The notes under the pieces were generated by a model. That model searched no databases. It worked only from the letters and a program-made list of their open reading frames with translations, and was not told the origin of the DNA. Below, one piece after another: positions 20,407 to 29,854 of a DNA stretch of 64,000 nucleotides (its first letter is position 1; each line of letters begins with the position of its first letter). A program made the position numbers and the translations under genes. The stretch is taken from positions 128,001-192,000 of the forward strand of contig CAVXJS010000014.1 in NCBI GenBank assembly GCA_963762145.1. The letters run 5' to 3'. Source of the DNA: an uncultured Candidatus Rokubacteria bacterium (GTDB lineage: Bacteria > Methylomirabilota > Methylomirabilia > Rokubacteriales > CSP1-6).

Positions 20407-21503
20407 TGGCGTCGCCGCCGGTCGTGGCGCTGCACGGCATCCGGGTCACCCGCGCCGGCCGAACGGTGCTGGAGGTCTCGGAGCTCTCGGTGGACGCGGG
20501 CCAGGTCCTGGCAGTGATCGGCCCCAACGGCGCGGGCAAGTCCACGCTGCTCCGGGTGATGGGCCTGCTCGAGCCGGTGACCGCGGGCGTGGTCCGCTTC
20601 CAGGGCGAAAGGGTGAGCCCGGCCAGGGGTCTTGCGGTGCGGCGGCGCATGGCCAGCGTCTTCCAGGAGCCGCTCCTGGCAGACACCACGGTGCGGGACA
20701 ACGTGGCCCTCGGCCTCCGCTTCCGCGGCGTGGACGACGACCGCGCGGCGCCGCGGGTGGACGCCTGGCTCGCGCGGCTCGGGATCGAGCATCTGGCGTC
20801 CCGGCAGGCGCGCACCCTCTCGGGGGGCGAGGCGCAGCGGACCGCGCTGGCCCGCGCGCTCGTGCTCGAGCCCGAGCTGCTGCTGCTCGACGAGCCGTTC
20901 TCCGCCCTGGATCAGCCCACTCGCGAGGCCCTGCTCGACGACTTCGCCCGCATCCTGCGCCAGGAGCGCACCACGACGGTGCTGGTGACGCATGATCGCG
21001 CCGAGGCCATGACGCTGGGCGACCGGGTGGGCGTGCTCATTGGGGGCCGTCTCGTGCAGCTCGATGACGCGGCCCAGGTGTTCCGAGCCCCCGCCTCCGA
21101 GGACGTGGCGCGCTTCGTGGGCGTGGAGAGCATCCTCGACGGGCGGGTCGTTGAGTGGACCCGGGACCTGGCCCTGGTAGACGTCGGGGGGCAGGTCATC
21201 GAGGTGGCGCAGCTGGCCGAGCCGGGCGAGCAGGTGCGTATCTGTGTGCGGCCGGAAGACGTGACGATTTTTCCGGGCGTCCCCAAGCCCGGCGGGACCC
21301 GGGAGTTCAACCGCGTGGGAGGCACGGTGCACAGGCTCGTGCCGACCGGTCCGCATGTTCGTGTGATCATTGACTGCGGATTCCCGCTGGTCGCCCTGGT
21401 AACGCAGCGCTCCGTGGAGGAGCTGGGCTTCGCCCCCGGGAGCCCGGTGACCGCGCACTTCAAGGCCACCGCCCCTCATCTCCTGCGCCACTCGAAGCCT
21501 TGA
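20406..21503 (+). CDS. tupC: ABC ATP-binding protein with TOBE domain, probably TupC
   Basis: GPNGAGKS, LSGGEAQR, C-terminal ALVTQRSVEELGF.PG..V.A.FKA TOBE. Confidence 0.75.
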   Translation: MASPPVVALHGIRVTRAGRTVLEVSELSVDAGQVLAVIGPNGAGKSTLLRVMGLLEPVTAGVVRFQGERVSPARGLAVRRRMASVFQEPLLADTTVRDNVALGLRFRGVDDDRAAPRVDAWLARLGIEHLASRQARTLSGGEAQRTALARALVLEPELLLLDEPFSALDQPTREALLDDFARILRQERTTTVLVTHDRAEAMTLGDRVGVLIGGRLVQLDDAAQVFRAPASEDVARFVGVESILDGRVVEWTRDLALVDVGGQVIEVAQLAEPGEQVRICVRPEDVTIFPGVPKPGGTREFNRVGGTVHRLVPTGPHVRVIIDCGFPLVALVTQRSVEELGFAPGSPVTAHFKATAPHLLRHSKP

Positions 21504-21529
21504 CAGTCCGAAGAGGCGGGGAGTATAAC
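21500..21529 (+). promoter_or_regulatory. Sigma-70-type promoter TTGACA-N18-TATAAC
   Basis: Near-consensus hexamers upstream of the DUF465-moaC unit. Confidence 0.6.
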
Positions 21530-21582
21530 GCGGGTGACGACGCTGGTTGGGGCAGGGTCAACCGCCTCGCAAGGAGGTCCGC

Positions 21583-21813
21583 ATGCCCGATACGGAAGCT
21601 TTCATCGAGCGACTCACCGCCGAGAATCATGACTTCCGCACCCTCCGTGAGGAGCACCACCGCTACGAAGAGGAGCTGGCCGCGCTGAACACGCGCGGGT
21701 TCCTGGCTCCCGATCAGCAGTGGCGGGTGAGCGAGCTGAAGAAGCTCAAGCTCATCGCAAAAGACCGGATGGAGACCATGCTCCGGCACGCGCGCGCCGC
21801 GACCCACGCCTGA
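21583..21813 (+). CDS. DUF465/YdcH-family small coiled-coil protein
   Basis: [29 protein letters not shown]; RBS AAGGAGG. Confidence 0.8.
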   Translation: MPDTEAFIERLTAENHDFRTLREEHHRYEEELAALNTRGFLAPDQQWRVSELKKLKLIAKDRMETMLRHARAATHA

Positions 21814-21833
21814 GTCGGGCTCACCCCCGACCG

Positions 21834-22403
21834 ATGTCCCCGTCCCGGGAGATGCCGGGCTTCCGTGGCCTCTCCCACCTGAACCCTGCCGGTGAAGCCC
21901 GGATGGTGGACGTCTCCGCCAAGTCGGAGACCGTCCGGGAGGCGGTGGCCCGCGTCACCATCAAGATGAAGGCGGCCACCCTGGCCGCGGTGCGCGCCGG
22001 CCAGCTCGCGAAGGGCGACGTGCTCGGGGTGGCCCGCACCGCCGGCATCATGGCGGCCAAGCGCACCCCCGACCTGATCCCCCTCTGCCACCCGCTGCGC
22101 ATCACCGGCGTGGACGTGGAGTTCGCGCTCGACTCGCGCCGCTCCACGATCACGGTGCACGCCCGCGTGCGCACGGTGGACAAGACCGGCGTGGAGATGG
22201 AGGCGCTGACCGCGGCGGCGGTCGCCGGCCTCACCGTGTACGACATGGTGAAGGCCGTCGACAAGGGGATCGTCCTCACCGACCTCTGCCTCGTCCAGAA
22301 ATCAGGCGGCAAGTCCGGAGACTGGAAGCGGGGCAGTGGCTCGGCGAGGCGCAGTGGCACGGCGAGGCGAAGCCGAAGGCGAGCCGAGCGGATACAGGAA
22401 TGA
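21834..22403 (+). CDS. moaC: Cyclic pyranopterin monophosphate synthase with repeat-derived C-terminal tail
   Basis: [52 protein letters not shown]. Confidence 0.93.
   Translation: MSPSREMPGFRGLSHLNPAGEARMVDVSAKSETVREAVARVTIKMKAATLAAVRAGQLAKGDVLGVARTAGIMAAKRTPDLIPLCHPLRITGVDVEFALDSRRSTITVHARVRTVDKTGVEMEALTAAAVAGLTVYDMVKAVDKGIVLTDLCLVQKSGGKSGDWKRGSGSARRSGTARRSRRRAERIQE
22357..22396 (+). repeat. 40-bp palindromic repeat family A, copy inside the moaC 3' end; partial copy at 22339-22354
   Basis: GCACGGCGAGGCGAAGCCGAAGGCGAGCCGAGCGGATACA, 38/40 identical to 56267-56306. Confidence 0.9.
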
Positions 22404-22441
22404 TAGCGCCACCGCGCTACCGCAACGGATCCTGACTGCCC

Positions 22442-23572
22442 ATGACCACCACCGCGATCATCTACTCCGACGAGTGGCGCCAGTTCGACTACGGGCCGGA
22501 GCATCCCCTGCGCATGGAGCGACTCGGGCTCACCTGGCGGCTGATGGAGGCCTACGGCCTCACCGCGCTGCCGCGCGCCAAGGTGTGGGCGCCCGAGCGC
22601 GCCGAGCTCGACGAGATCGCCCGCTTCCACTCGCGCGAGTACATCGAGATCCTGCGCGCGGTGAGCGCGGGCGACTGGGTGCCGCACGCGGCCAGCTACG
22701 GGCTCGGCCCCGGCGACAACCCGATCTTCCCGGGGCTGTGGGAGGCCGCGCAGCTCGGCGCGGGCGGCTCCCTGCTCGCGGCGCGGCTGGTCGCCGAGGG
22801 GGAAGCCACCCGGGCCTTCCACTTCGCGGGCGGGCTGCATCACGCCATGCCCGGCCGCGCGTCCGGCTTCTGCTACGTCAACGACGCGGTGCTGGCCATC
22901 ATGCGCCTGCGCCAGCGCGGCCTGCGGGTGGCCTACGTGGACATCGACGCGCACCACGGTGACGGGGTGCAGTTCGCGTTCTACGACGATCCGAACGTGC
23001 TCACCGTCTCCACGCACGAGCGCGGCGATCGGCTCTTCCCGGGCACCGGCTTCGTGGTGGAGATGGGCGAGGGCGCCGGGCTCGGGTACTCGGTCAATGT
23101 CCCGCTCCAGCCGCTCACCGACGACACGGTGTACCACGAGGCCTTCGAGGCGGTGGTTCCGCCGCTGGTGACCGCGTTCAAGCCCGACGCGCTCGTCATC
23201 CAGCTCGGGATCGATTCGCACCGGACCGATCCGCTCACCCATCTGAGCCTCACCGTCCAGGGCTTCACCCGCGCGGTGAAGCGCCTGCTCCCCCTGGCCC
23301 CTCGGGTGGTCGCGCTGGGCGGCGGCGGGTACGATCTGACCAACGTGGCGCGGGCCTGGACGGCGGCGTGGGCGGCCATGAACGACGTGGATCTGCCCCC
23401 CGACCTGCCGCGCGAGAGCCACCGGGACATGCAGCGGCTCGGCCTGGGGATCCTGTCCCTGAACGACCCGGTCGAGGCCCTGCCCCCCGACACCCGCCGC
23501 TGGGCCGAGGAGTACGCGCGCCGCCAGGTGGGGGAGATCCAGGACAGGATATTCCCGCTGCACGGGCTGTAG
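22442..23572 (+). CDS. acuC: AcuC-like class I histone deacetylase-family protein
   Basis: GPEHPL, GGLHHA, SGFCYVND, DIDAHHGDGVQ, FPGTG, GGGGY. Confidence 0.9.
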   Translation: MTTTAIIYSDEWRQFDYGPEHPLRMERLGLTWRLMEAYGLTALPRAKVWAPERAELDEIARFHSREYIEILRAVSAGDWVPHAASYGLGPGDNPIFPGLWEAAQLGAGGSLLAARLVAEGEATRAFHFAGGLHHAMPGRASGFCYVNDAVLAIMRLRQRGLRVAYVDIDAHHGDGVQFAFYDDPNVLTVSTHERGDRLFPGTGFVVEMGEGAGLGYSVNVPLQPLTDDTVYHEAFEAVVPPLVTAFKPDALVIQLGIDSHRTDPLTHLSLTVQGFTRAVKRLLPLAPRVVALGGGGYDLTNVARAWTAAWAAMNDVDLPPDLPRESHRDMQRLGLGILSLNDPVEALPPDTRRWAEEYARRQVGEIQDRIFPLHGL

Positions 23573-23581
23573 AATCGGGGG

Positions 23582-25035
23582 GTGGACACGACCCCCGTCG
23601 GCGCGACCGCGACCTCGGCCCCGGACATGGCCGCCGTCCGGGACACCGCTCCGGAGCAGATCGCGATCCGCGTGCCCCTGAAGGTCAAGCTGAGCCTCCT
23701 GATCACCGCGCTCGTGGTCCTGGCCGTCGCCCTGGTCGGCCTCTTTCTCCTCCGTCAGCAGCAGCAGAGCCTGACCGCGGAGATGACCAAGCGGGGCCTC
23801 ACGATGGCCGAGAACTTCGCGGCCGGAGCCAAGACCCCGCTGCTCACCAACGACGAGCTGACGCTCGGGGTGCTGGTGACCGACGCGATGAAGGATCCGG
23901 ACGTGGCGTACGTGATCGTCTCCGATCACCTGGGCAACGTGCTCGCCCACTCCGACGCGCGCGCGGTGAAGTCCGCGGTGGTCCGGCCCAAGGAGCTGGA
24001 GCCGCTCCAGAAGACCGTGCTGGTCCAGACCTACAAGACGCCGCAGGGCCGCATCATCGACTTCGCGGTGCCGCTGATCTACAGCGGGGTGCCGGTCGGC
24101 GCGCTCTACCTGGGCTTCAGCGAGGAGGCGATCAGCGCCGCGCTCGCGAGCGCGCGCAACCAGGCCCTGCTGATCACCCTGCTCATGGTCCTGGCCGGCC
24201 TCGGCGGCGCGGTGGGTCTGGCCGCGCTGCTCTCCGTCCGATCTTCCGCCTCGTACGGGCCACCGGGGCGATCGCGGCCGGCAACTTCAACATCGCGCTC
24301 CCGGTCGCCTCCCGCGACGAGCTGGGCGTGCTGACCGACTCCTTCAATCGGATGGCGCGGAGCCTCCGCGAGAAGGAGATGATCAAGCGCGCGTTCACCC
24401 GCTACGTGGCGCGCGAGGTGGTGGAGGAGATCCTCAAGGACCCGGAGAACCTGGTGCTCTCCGGCGAGCGGCGCCAGGTCACCGTGCTCTTCTGCGACGT
24501 CCGCGGGTTCACGCCGCTGTCGGAGCGGCTCTCCCCCGAGGAGGTCGTGCTGCTGCTCAACGACTTCTACAACCTGATGATCGAGACCACCTTCAAGTAC
24601 GACGGCACGCTCGACAAGTTCCTGGGCGACGCGGTCATGGCGGTCTTCGGGGCGCCGATGGCCCATCCCGACCACTCCGCGCGCGCCATCCGCACCGCGC
24701 TCGACATGCAGGAAGGGATTACCGGTCTCAACGAGCGCCGCAAGCGCGACGGCAAGGAAGGCATCTCGGTCGGTATCGGGGTCAGCGCGGGCGAGGCGGT
24801 CGCGGGCACGGTCGGCACCGAGGACCGCATGGAGTACACCGTGATCGGCGACAGCGTGAACCTCGCGGCCCGGCTCGAGTCCAATGCCAAGCCCGGGCAG
24901 ATCCTCATCAGCCATCGCACCTACGAGCGGGTGCGCGATCTGGTGGACGCCCGCCCGCTGGGGCGCATCCGCGTCAAGGGCAAGGAAGAAGAGGTCGAGG
25001 TCTACGAGGTGCTCGGCCTGACTCCCGTAGTGTGA
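23582..25035 (+). CDS. Membrane class III adenylate/guanylate cyclase with HAMP domain; frameshift near 24235
   Basis: Two TM segments, DELG.L..SFN.M HAMP, VLFCDVRGFT, DKFLGDAVMAVFGAP, YTVIGDSVNLAARLE. Confidence 0.87.
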
Positions 25036-25069
25036 GCGCGTTCCCGCCCCGGTCGCGTAGGATATGGGG

Positions 25070-26113
25070 ATGATGAAGCGTCGAATGCGTGGATCGAGCC
25101 TCCTGGTGAGCGCCGCCGCGCTGTGCCTCGCCGCGTGCGCCACCGCGAGCGCGCCCCCGACGTCCGGGCCGGCGCCCGCCGCCGCGCCCGGCGCGCCGCC
25201 GCCCCGTCCCGCCGCGTACCAGTCGGAGGACTTCATCGTCACCTTCGCCCAGGCCGGCGATACGCCGGCGACGCTGGCCGAGCGCTACCTGGGCGGGGCT
25301 GACAAGAGCTGGATGATCGAGGACTACACGGGGCTCCGCGCCTTCGCGCCCGGCCAGGAGGTCGTGATCCCACGCCGGCCGTGGAACCCGTCCGGGGTGA
25401 CGCCCGTCGGCTACCAGATCGTGCCGATCCTGACCTATCACAACCTGGGCGAGCAGGCGAAGGGCCGGCTCGTGCTGGCCGTCGCGAGCTTCCGCGAGCA
25501 GATGCGGTATCTGAAGACCAACGGCTACCGCGTGGTGAGCCTCGCCGACTTCATCGAGTTCACCCGTCTCAACCGCCAGCTCCCGCAGCGCGCCGTCGTG
25601 CTGACCTTCGACGACGGCTACCATGCGTTCAAAGACCACGCTTATCCGGTCCTCAAGGAGCTGGGCTTCACCGCCACCCTCTTTGTCTATACGGACTGGG
25701 TGGGCGCGGGACGGGCCGCCCTCTCCTGGGCGGAGCTACGCGAGCTGGCCGCCGCGGGCATGGATGTCCAGGCCCACAGCAAGACGCACGCGGACCTGCG
25801 CCGCGCCCAGGGCGAGACGGAAGCTCAGTACGCGCGGCGGATGCAGGCGGAGCTCGAGCAGCCGCAGGAGCTCTTCAATCGCAACCTCGGCCGCCGGAGC
25901 CAGATCCTGGCCTATCCGTACGGGCGCTGGGAAGAGGGCCTCCTGCCCAAGGTGAAGGAGTACGGCTACATCGCGGCCTTCTCGGTGCGCCGCCAGGGCA
26001 ATGCCTCCTTCGTGCGGCCGCTCGCCGGCCACCGGAGCCAGATCTACTCCGAGATGACACTGGACGACTTCGTCAAGAACCTGAACGTCTTCCAGGAGGA
26101 GAACCTCCGGTGA
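25070..26113 (+). CDS. Lipoprotein polysaccharide deacetylase (CE4) with N-terminal LysM-like domain
   Basis: LAAC lipobox, GDT...LAERYLG, PILTYH, LTFDDG, HSKTH, AYPYG. Confidence 0.85.
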   Translation: MMKRRMRGSSLLVSAAALCLAACATASAPPTSGPAPAAAPGAPPPRPAAYQSEDFIVTFAQAGDTPATLAERYLGGADKSWMIEDYTGLRAFAPGQEVVIPRRPWNPSGVTPVGYQIVPILTYHNLGEQAKGRLVLAVASFREQMRYLKTNGYRVVSLADFIEFTRLNRQLPQRAVVLTFDDGYHAFKDHAYPVLKELGFTATLFVYTDWVGAGRAALSWAELRELAAAGMDVQAHSKTHADLRRAQGETEAQYARRMQAELEQPQELFNRNLGRRSQILAYPYGRWEEGLLPKVKEYGYIAAFSVRRQGNASFVRPLAGHRSQIYSEMTLDDFVKNLNVFQEENLR

Positions 26114-27282
26114 TCGCGGCGCGGCGCTGGCTCACCGCGGCGGCGCTCGGCCTGACGCTCGGAGGCTGCGCGTCGGTAGCCTCCACCCCGCCGAGCGAGC
26201 CCGGCGCGGCGGCCTCGTCGGTCGCGCGGGACCCCCTCGCGGTGCGGCACCGGGAGCAGGCGGAGGCCCTCGAGCGTGACGGTCAGCTCCGGCGCGCGGC
26301 CGAGGAGCTGAAGATCGCGCTCGCGATCGCGCCCGCCGACGCGCGGACCCGCGAGTCCTTGCGGGCCCTGCAGGCGCGCATCGACCAGACGGTGGCCGAG
26401 CGGCTGGACGAGGGGCGCAAGGCGCTCGCCCGCGGCGTCCACCTGGAGGCCCGCCGCAAGTTCCTGGCCGCGCTCGCGGTCGACCCATCCAACCGTGCCG
26501 CCTTCGAGGCGCTCCAGAGCGATACGCGCGAGGTGGAGTTCATCACCCACAACGTCCGGGCGGGGGACACGCTGACCGCGCTGGCCCAGCGCTACTACGG
26601 CGACCGCTCGCGAGGCGAGGTGATCTGGGAGACCAACCAGCTCCCGCCCAATCCGCGCCTGGCTCCGGGCACCACGCTCAAGATTCCCGAGATCCCGGGC
26701 GTGCCATTCGTGCACCCCGAGGCGCGGCGGCCCGCGCCCGTGGTGGCGGCCATTCCCACGCCGGACGTGCCGCGTCCGGGCCCGACTCCGGGCCCCGTCG
26801 CGCCGGCCGCGCCCCCGACCAAGGAAGAGTTCACGCCCGAGGTCAATCCGTTGCTGGCCGCGGCCCGCGAGGCGCTCGAGCGCAGCGACTATCCGGATGC
26901 GATCGCGACGGTGGACAAGTTCCTGTCCGGCAAGCCGGGCGACCGCGAGGGGTTGACGCTCAAGAAGCAGGCGCTCTACGCTCAGGCCAAGAGCCAGATC
27001 GACGCGCGGCAGTATCAGGAATCCATCCAGAGCCTGAACCAGCTCGCGCGCCTGCAGCCCGACTACGAGGACGTGCCCAGCCTGCAGCGCCAGGCGCGCA
27101 CCCGCCTCGTCGAGCAGCACTACACGCAGGGCGTGCGCTTCTATCGCGAAGAGAAGCTCAAGGAAGCCATCGCGGAATGGCGGGTGGTGCTCGAGATGGA
27201 CCCGAGCAACGCCAACGCCCGCCGCAACATCGACCAGGCGGAGAAGCTGCTGCGCGGACTCGAGCAGCGCATGAAAAAGTAG
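26110..27282 (+). CDS. Lipoprotein with TPR repeats and LysM domain
   Basis: LGGC lipobox, HNVRAGDTLTALAQRYYGD..IWETN LysM, C-terminal EAIAEWRVVLEMDPSN TPR; GTGA overlap. Confidence 0.8.
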   Translation: MIAARRWLTAAALGLTLGGCASVASTPPSEPGAAASSVARDPLAVRHREQAEALERDGQLRRAAEELKIALAIAPADARTRESLRALQARIDQTVAERLDEGRKALARGVHLEARRKFLAALAVDPSNRAAFEALQSDTREVEFITHNVRAGDTLTALAQRYYGDRSRGEVIWETNQLPPNPRLAPGTTLKIPEIPGVPFVHPEARRPAPVVAAIPTPDVPRPGPTPGPVAPAAPPTKEEFTPEVNPLLAAAREALERSDYPDAIATVDKFLSGKPGDREGLTLKKQALYAQAKSQIDARQYQESIQSLNQLARLQPDYEDVPSLQRQARTRLVEQHYTQGVRFYREEKLKEAIAEWRVVLEMDPSNANARRNIDQAEKLLRGLEQRMKK

Positions 27283-27310
27283 TCCAACCGACAATCAGGA
27301 GACCGTCACC

Positions 27311-27904
27311 ATGAATCGACACGTTCGCACCGTCAGCACCCTGTTGCCGATCATCGGGCTCACCTTGCTCCTCGCGGGCTGCCCCAAGCGCCCGGCGATG
27401 ACCGCCGCGACCGCGCCGCCGCCGGTTCCGCCGCCCGCCGCGGCGCCGCCCACGCCGCCCGCGCCGGCCCCCGCGCCCGCGCCGGCTCCGGTGGCTCCGC
27501 CCACCGTGGCCCCGGCTCCGGCTCCCGCTCCCCCGCCGCCGGCGCCGCCGAAGGAGTACCGGCTCAACGCGGCCCTCAAGCAGATCTTCTTCGCCTTCGA
27601 CAAGGCGGAGATCCGGCCCAATGACGCCCAGACCCTTCAGGCCAGCGCGGCCTATCTCAAGGCCAATCCCAACCAGCTCGTGCTGATCGAGGGGCACTGC
27701 GACGAGCGGGGGACCGCCGAGTACAACCTGGCCCTGGGCGAGCGGCGGGCCAAGGCGGCCATGAACTTCCTCGTGTCCAACGGGGTCGAGGCGTCCCGGA
27801 TCACCACGATCTCGTACGGCAAGGAGCGCCCGGGCTGCACCGAGAAGAACGAAGCCTGCTGGTCCAAGAATAGGAATGACACGTTTTTGACCAAGGAAAA
27901 GTAA
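27311..27904 (+). CDS. pal: Peptidoglycan-associated lipoprotein with Pro/Ala-rich linker
   Basis: LAGC lipobox, IFFAFDK, IEGHCDERGTAEYNLALGERRA, ISYGKERP. Confidence 0.92.
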   Translation: MNRHVRTVSTLLPIIGLTLLLAGCPKRPAMTAATAPPPVPPPAAAPPTPPAPAPAPAPAPVAPPTVAPAPAPAPPPPAPPKEYRLNAALKQIFFAFDKAEIRPNDAQTLQASAAYLKANPNQLVLIEGHCDERGTAEYNLALGERRAKAAMNFLVSNGVEASRITTISYGKERPGCTEKNEACWSKNRNDTFLTKEK

Positions 27905-27917
27905 TACTTAGGAATTC

Positions 27918-27947
27918 TTGACAAAGCCGATTAACTTTATGTAGTAT
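27918..27947 (+). promoter_or_regulatory. Sigma-70-type promoter TTGACA-N18-TAGTAT
   Basis: AT-rich patch in a GC-rich genome; -10 ends 7 nt before ATG 27955. Confidence 0.7.
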
Positions 27948-27954
27948 CTGCGGC

Positions 27955-28020
27955 ATGCAGAAGGCCGGCGGACGTGCGCATCGCTGTTCCTGTCCGGGTT
28001 GTTGTCCTGGCGCAGCCTAG
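27955..28020 (+). CDS. Cys-rich leader peptide MQKAGGRAHRCSCPGCCPGAA, putative cysteine attenuator sORF
   Basis: Four TGT codons within 7 codons; leaderless position; upstream of a terminator and sulfite reductase. Confidence 0.7.
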   Translation: MQKAGGRAHRCSCPGCCPGAA

Positions 28021-28057
28021 GGCCTTCTAGCAGCCGAACGTCGTAGCACCGAGACGC

Positions 28058-28109
28058 AAAGCCGAGTGGGGGCCGTGAAGGAGCGGCCGCCGCTCGGCTT
28101 TCGTGTTTT
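28058..28109 (+). terminator. Intrinsic terminator/attenuator hairpin in the sulfite reductase leader
   Basis: AAAGCCGAGTGGGGGCCGT-GAAGGA-GCGGCCGCCGCTCGGCTTT followed by CGTGTTTT. Confidence 0.7.
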
Positions 28110-28123
28110 CAGGGGGGACGAGA

Positions 28124-29820
28124 GTGAGCGAGACGGGACACGAGACGAAGGCGCAGCGAGTGGAGCGGCTCAAGCGGGAGATGAACCCGTGGGCGGCGTA
28201 TTCGGAGATCGTCCGCTTCGCGCGGGACGGCTTCGAGGCCATCCCCCCGGAATGGCTCGGCACGTATTTCCGCTGGTGGGGCATCTACACCCAGGGCGAT
28301 GGCGTCGGCGCGGTGGGCGGCAAGGGCGGCGAGGGGAAGGCGGTGCCGTACTTCATGCTGCGTTCCGCATCCCCAACGGGATCCTGTCGGCCGCGCAGCT
28401 CCGCGTGCTCGCGGACCTGACCGAGCGTCACGCGCGGGGCGTGGCGGACCTCACCGTCCGCCAGAACGTGCAGCTCCACTGGGTGCGGGTCGAGGACTTG
28501 CCAGCGATTTTTTCCGCCCTTGGAGACTGCGGGCTCAGCAGCCTCGGCACCTGCGGCGACGTGACGCGCAACATCACCGGGTGCCCCCTGGCCGGTCTCG
28601 ACGCCGACGAGATCGTGGACGCCTCGCCGCTCGTGCACGCGGCGACCGCGATGGTCAACGGCAGCCCGGAGTTCTACAACCTGCCGCGCAAGTACAAGAT
28701 CTCGATCACCGGCTGCCGGTTCTGGTGCAGCTATCCCGAGATCAACGATGTGGGGCTCACCGCGGTCCGCGACAGCTACACCGGCCACGTGGGCTACTCG
28801 CTGCGGGTGGGCGGCGGGCTCTCGACCCAGCCGCACCTCGCCCCCAGCCTCGACGCGTTCGTGCGTCCGGAGCAGGTGCTCGCGGTGGTCAAGGGCGTCT
28901 CCGAGATCTTCCGCGACAGCGACGTGCTCCGCCAGAACCGCGAGAAGGCGCGGCTCAAGTTTCTCTTCCTCGATCACGGCTGGACCCCGGACCGGTTCCT
29001 CCACGCGCTCACCGCGCGGCTCGGCTTTCCCCTCGATCCGGCAATTCCCGAGACGCGGCCCGAGGAGGCCTATCGCGATCACGTGGGCATCCATCCGCAG
29101 AAGCAGGCGGGGCTCGTCTACGCGGGCCTGCCGATCCTGCGGGGCCGGCTCACGTCGGACGAGATGCGGGGCCTGGCCGGGCTCGCGGAGCGCTTCGGCA
29201 CCGGCGAGCTGCGGACCACGACCATGCAGAACGTCATCATCGTCAACGCGCCGCGGGCGCGCGCGGCCGAGCTCGAGCGCGCGATCGACCGCGCCGGCTT
29301 CCGGGTGGACGCCTCGCCCTTCCGGCGCGGCACGGTGGCGTGCACGGGCAGCGAGTTCTGCAAGCTCGCGCTGACCGAGACCAAGGCCTTCGCCCGCTGG
29401 CTCGTGGAGGATCTCGAGGCGCGGCTGCCCGGCTTCGAGGAGCACGTCCGCATCAACGTCACCGGCTGCCCGAACAGCTGCGGCCAGCACTGGATCGCCG
29501 ACATCGGAATCGAGGGCAAGAAGATCAAGATGGACGGGCGTCTGGTGGACGCCTACTACTTCTGCGTGGGCGGCGCGGTCGGCCGGCACCAGGCGGTGGC
29601 CCGCCCGGTCGGCTACCGGGTGCCGGCCCCCGCGGTCCCCGAGGCGGTGGAGCGCCTGTTGCGCGTGTACCTCGCCGAGCGGCACCCGGGGCAGACCTTC
29701 CGCGCGTTCTGCGCCGCGCGCACCGACGACGAGCTGCGGACCTACCTGGCCGGCGCGCCCGTCCCGGCCGCGGCCCGCGACGCCTCGCCCGGCCCCGTGC
29801 CCCATGGACTCGAGGGCTGA
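28124..29820 (+). CDS. Ferredoxin-type sulfite/nitrite reductase hemoprotein (SirA/CysI-like); frameshift near 28360
   Basis: ETKAQRVERLKRE, RQNVQLH, CGDVTRN..GCP, LPRKYK, ACTGSEFCKLA and TGCPNSCGQ siroheme/Fe4S4 cysteines. Confidence 0.88.
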
Positions 29821-29854
29821 GATCACTCACCCGAACCGACAAAGGAGACCGATC

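Noticed and set aside
27410-27550. CCG/GCG-rich quasi-repeats in pal as a repeat array
   Set aside because: They simply encode a Pro/Ala linker.
27974-28030. Alternative leader frame MRIAVPVRVVVLAQPRAF resembling an ilv-type Val-rich leader
   Set aside because: It arises from the same TGT run read in another frame; downstream genes concern sulfur assimilation and the Cys frame starts at the predicted TSS. Not fully excluded.
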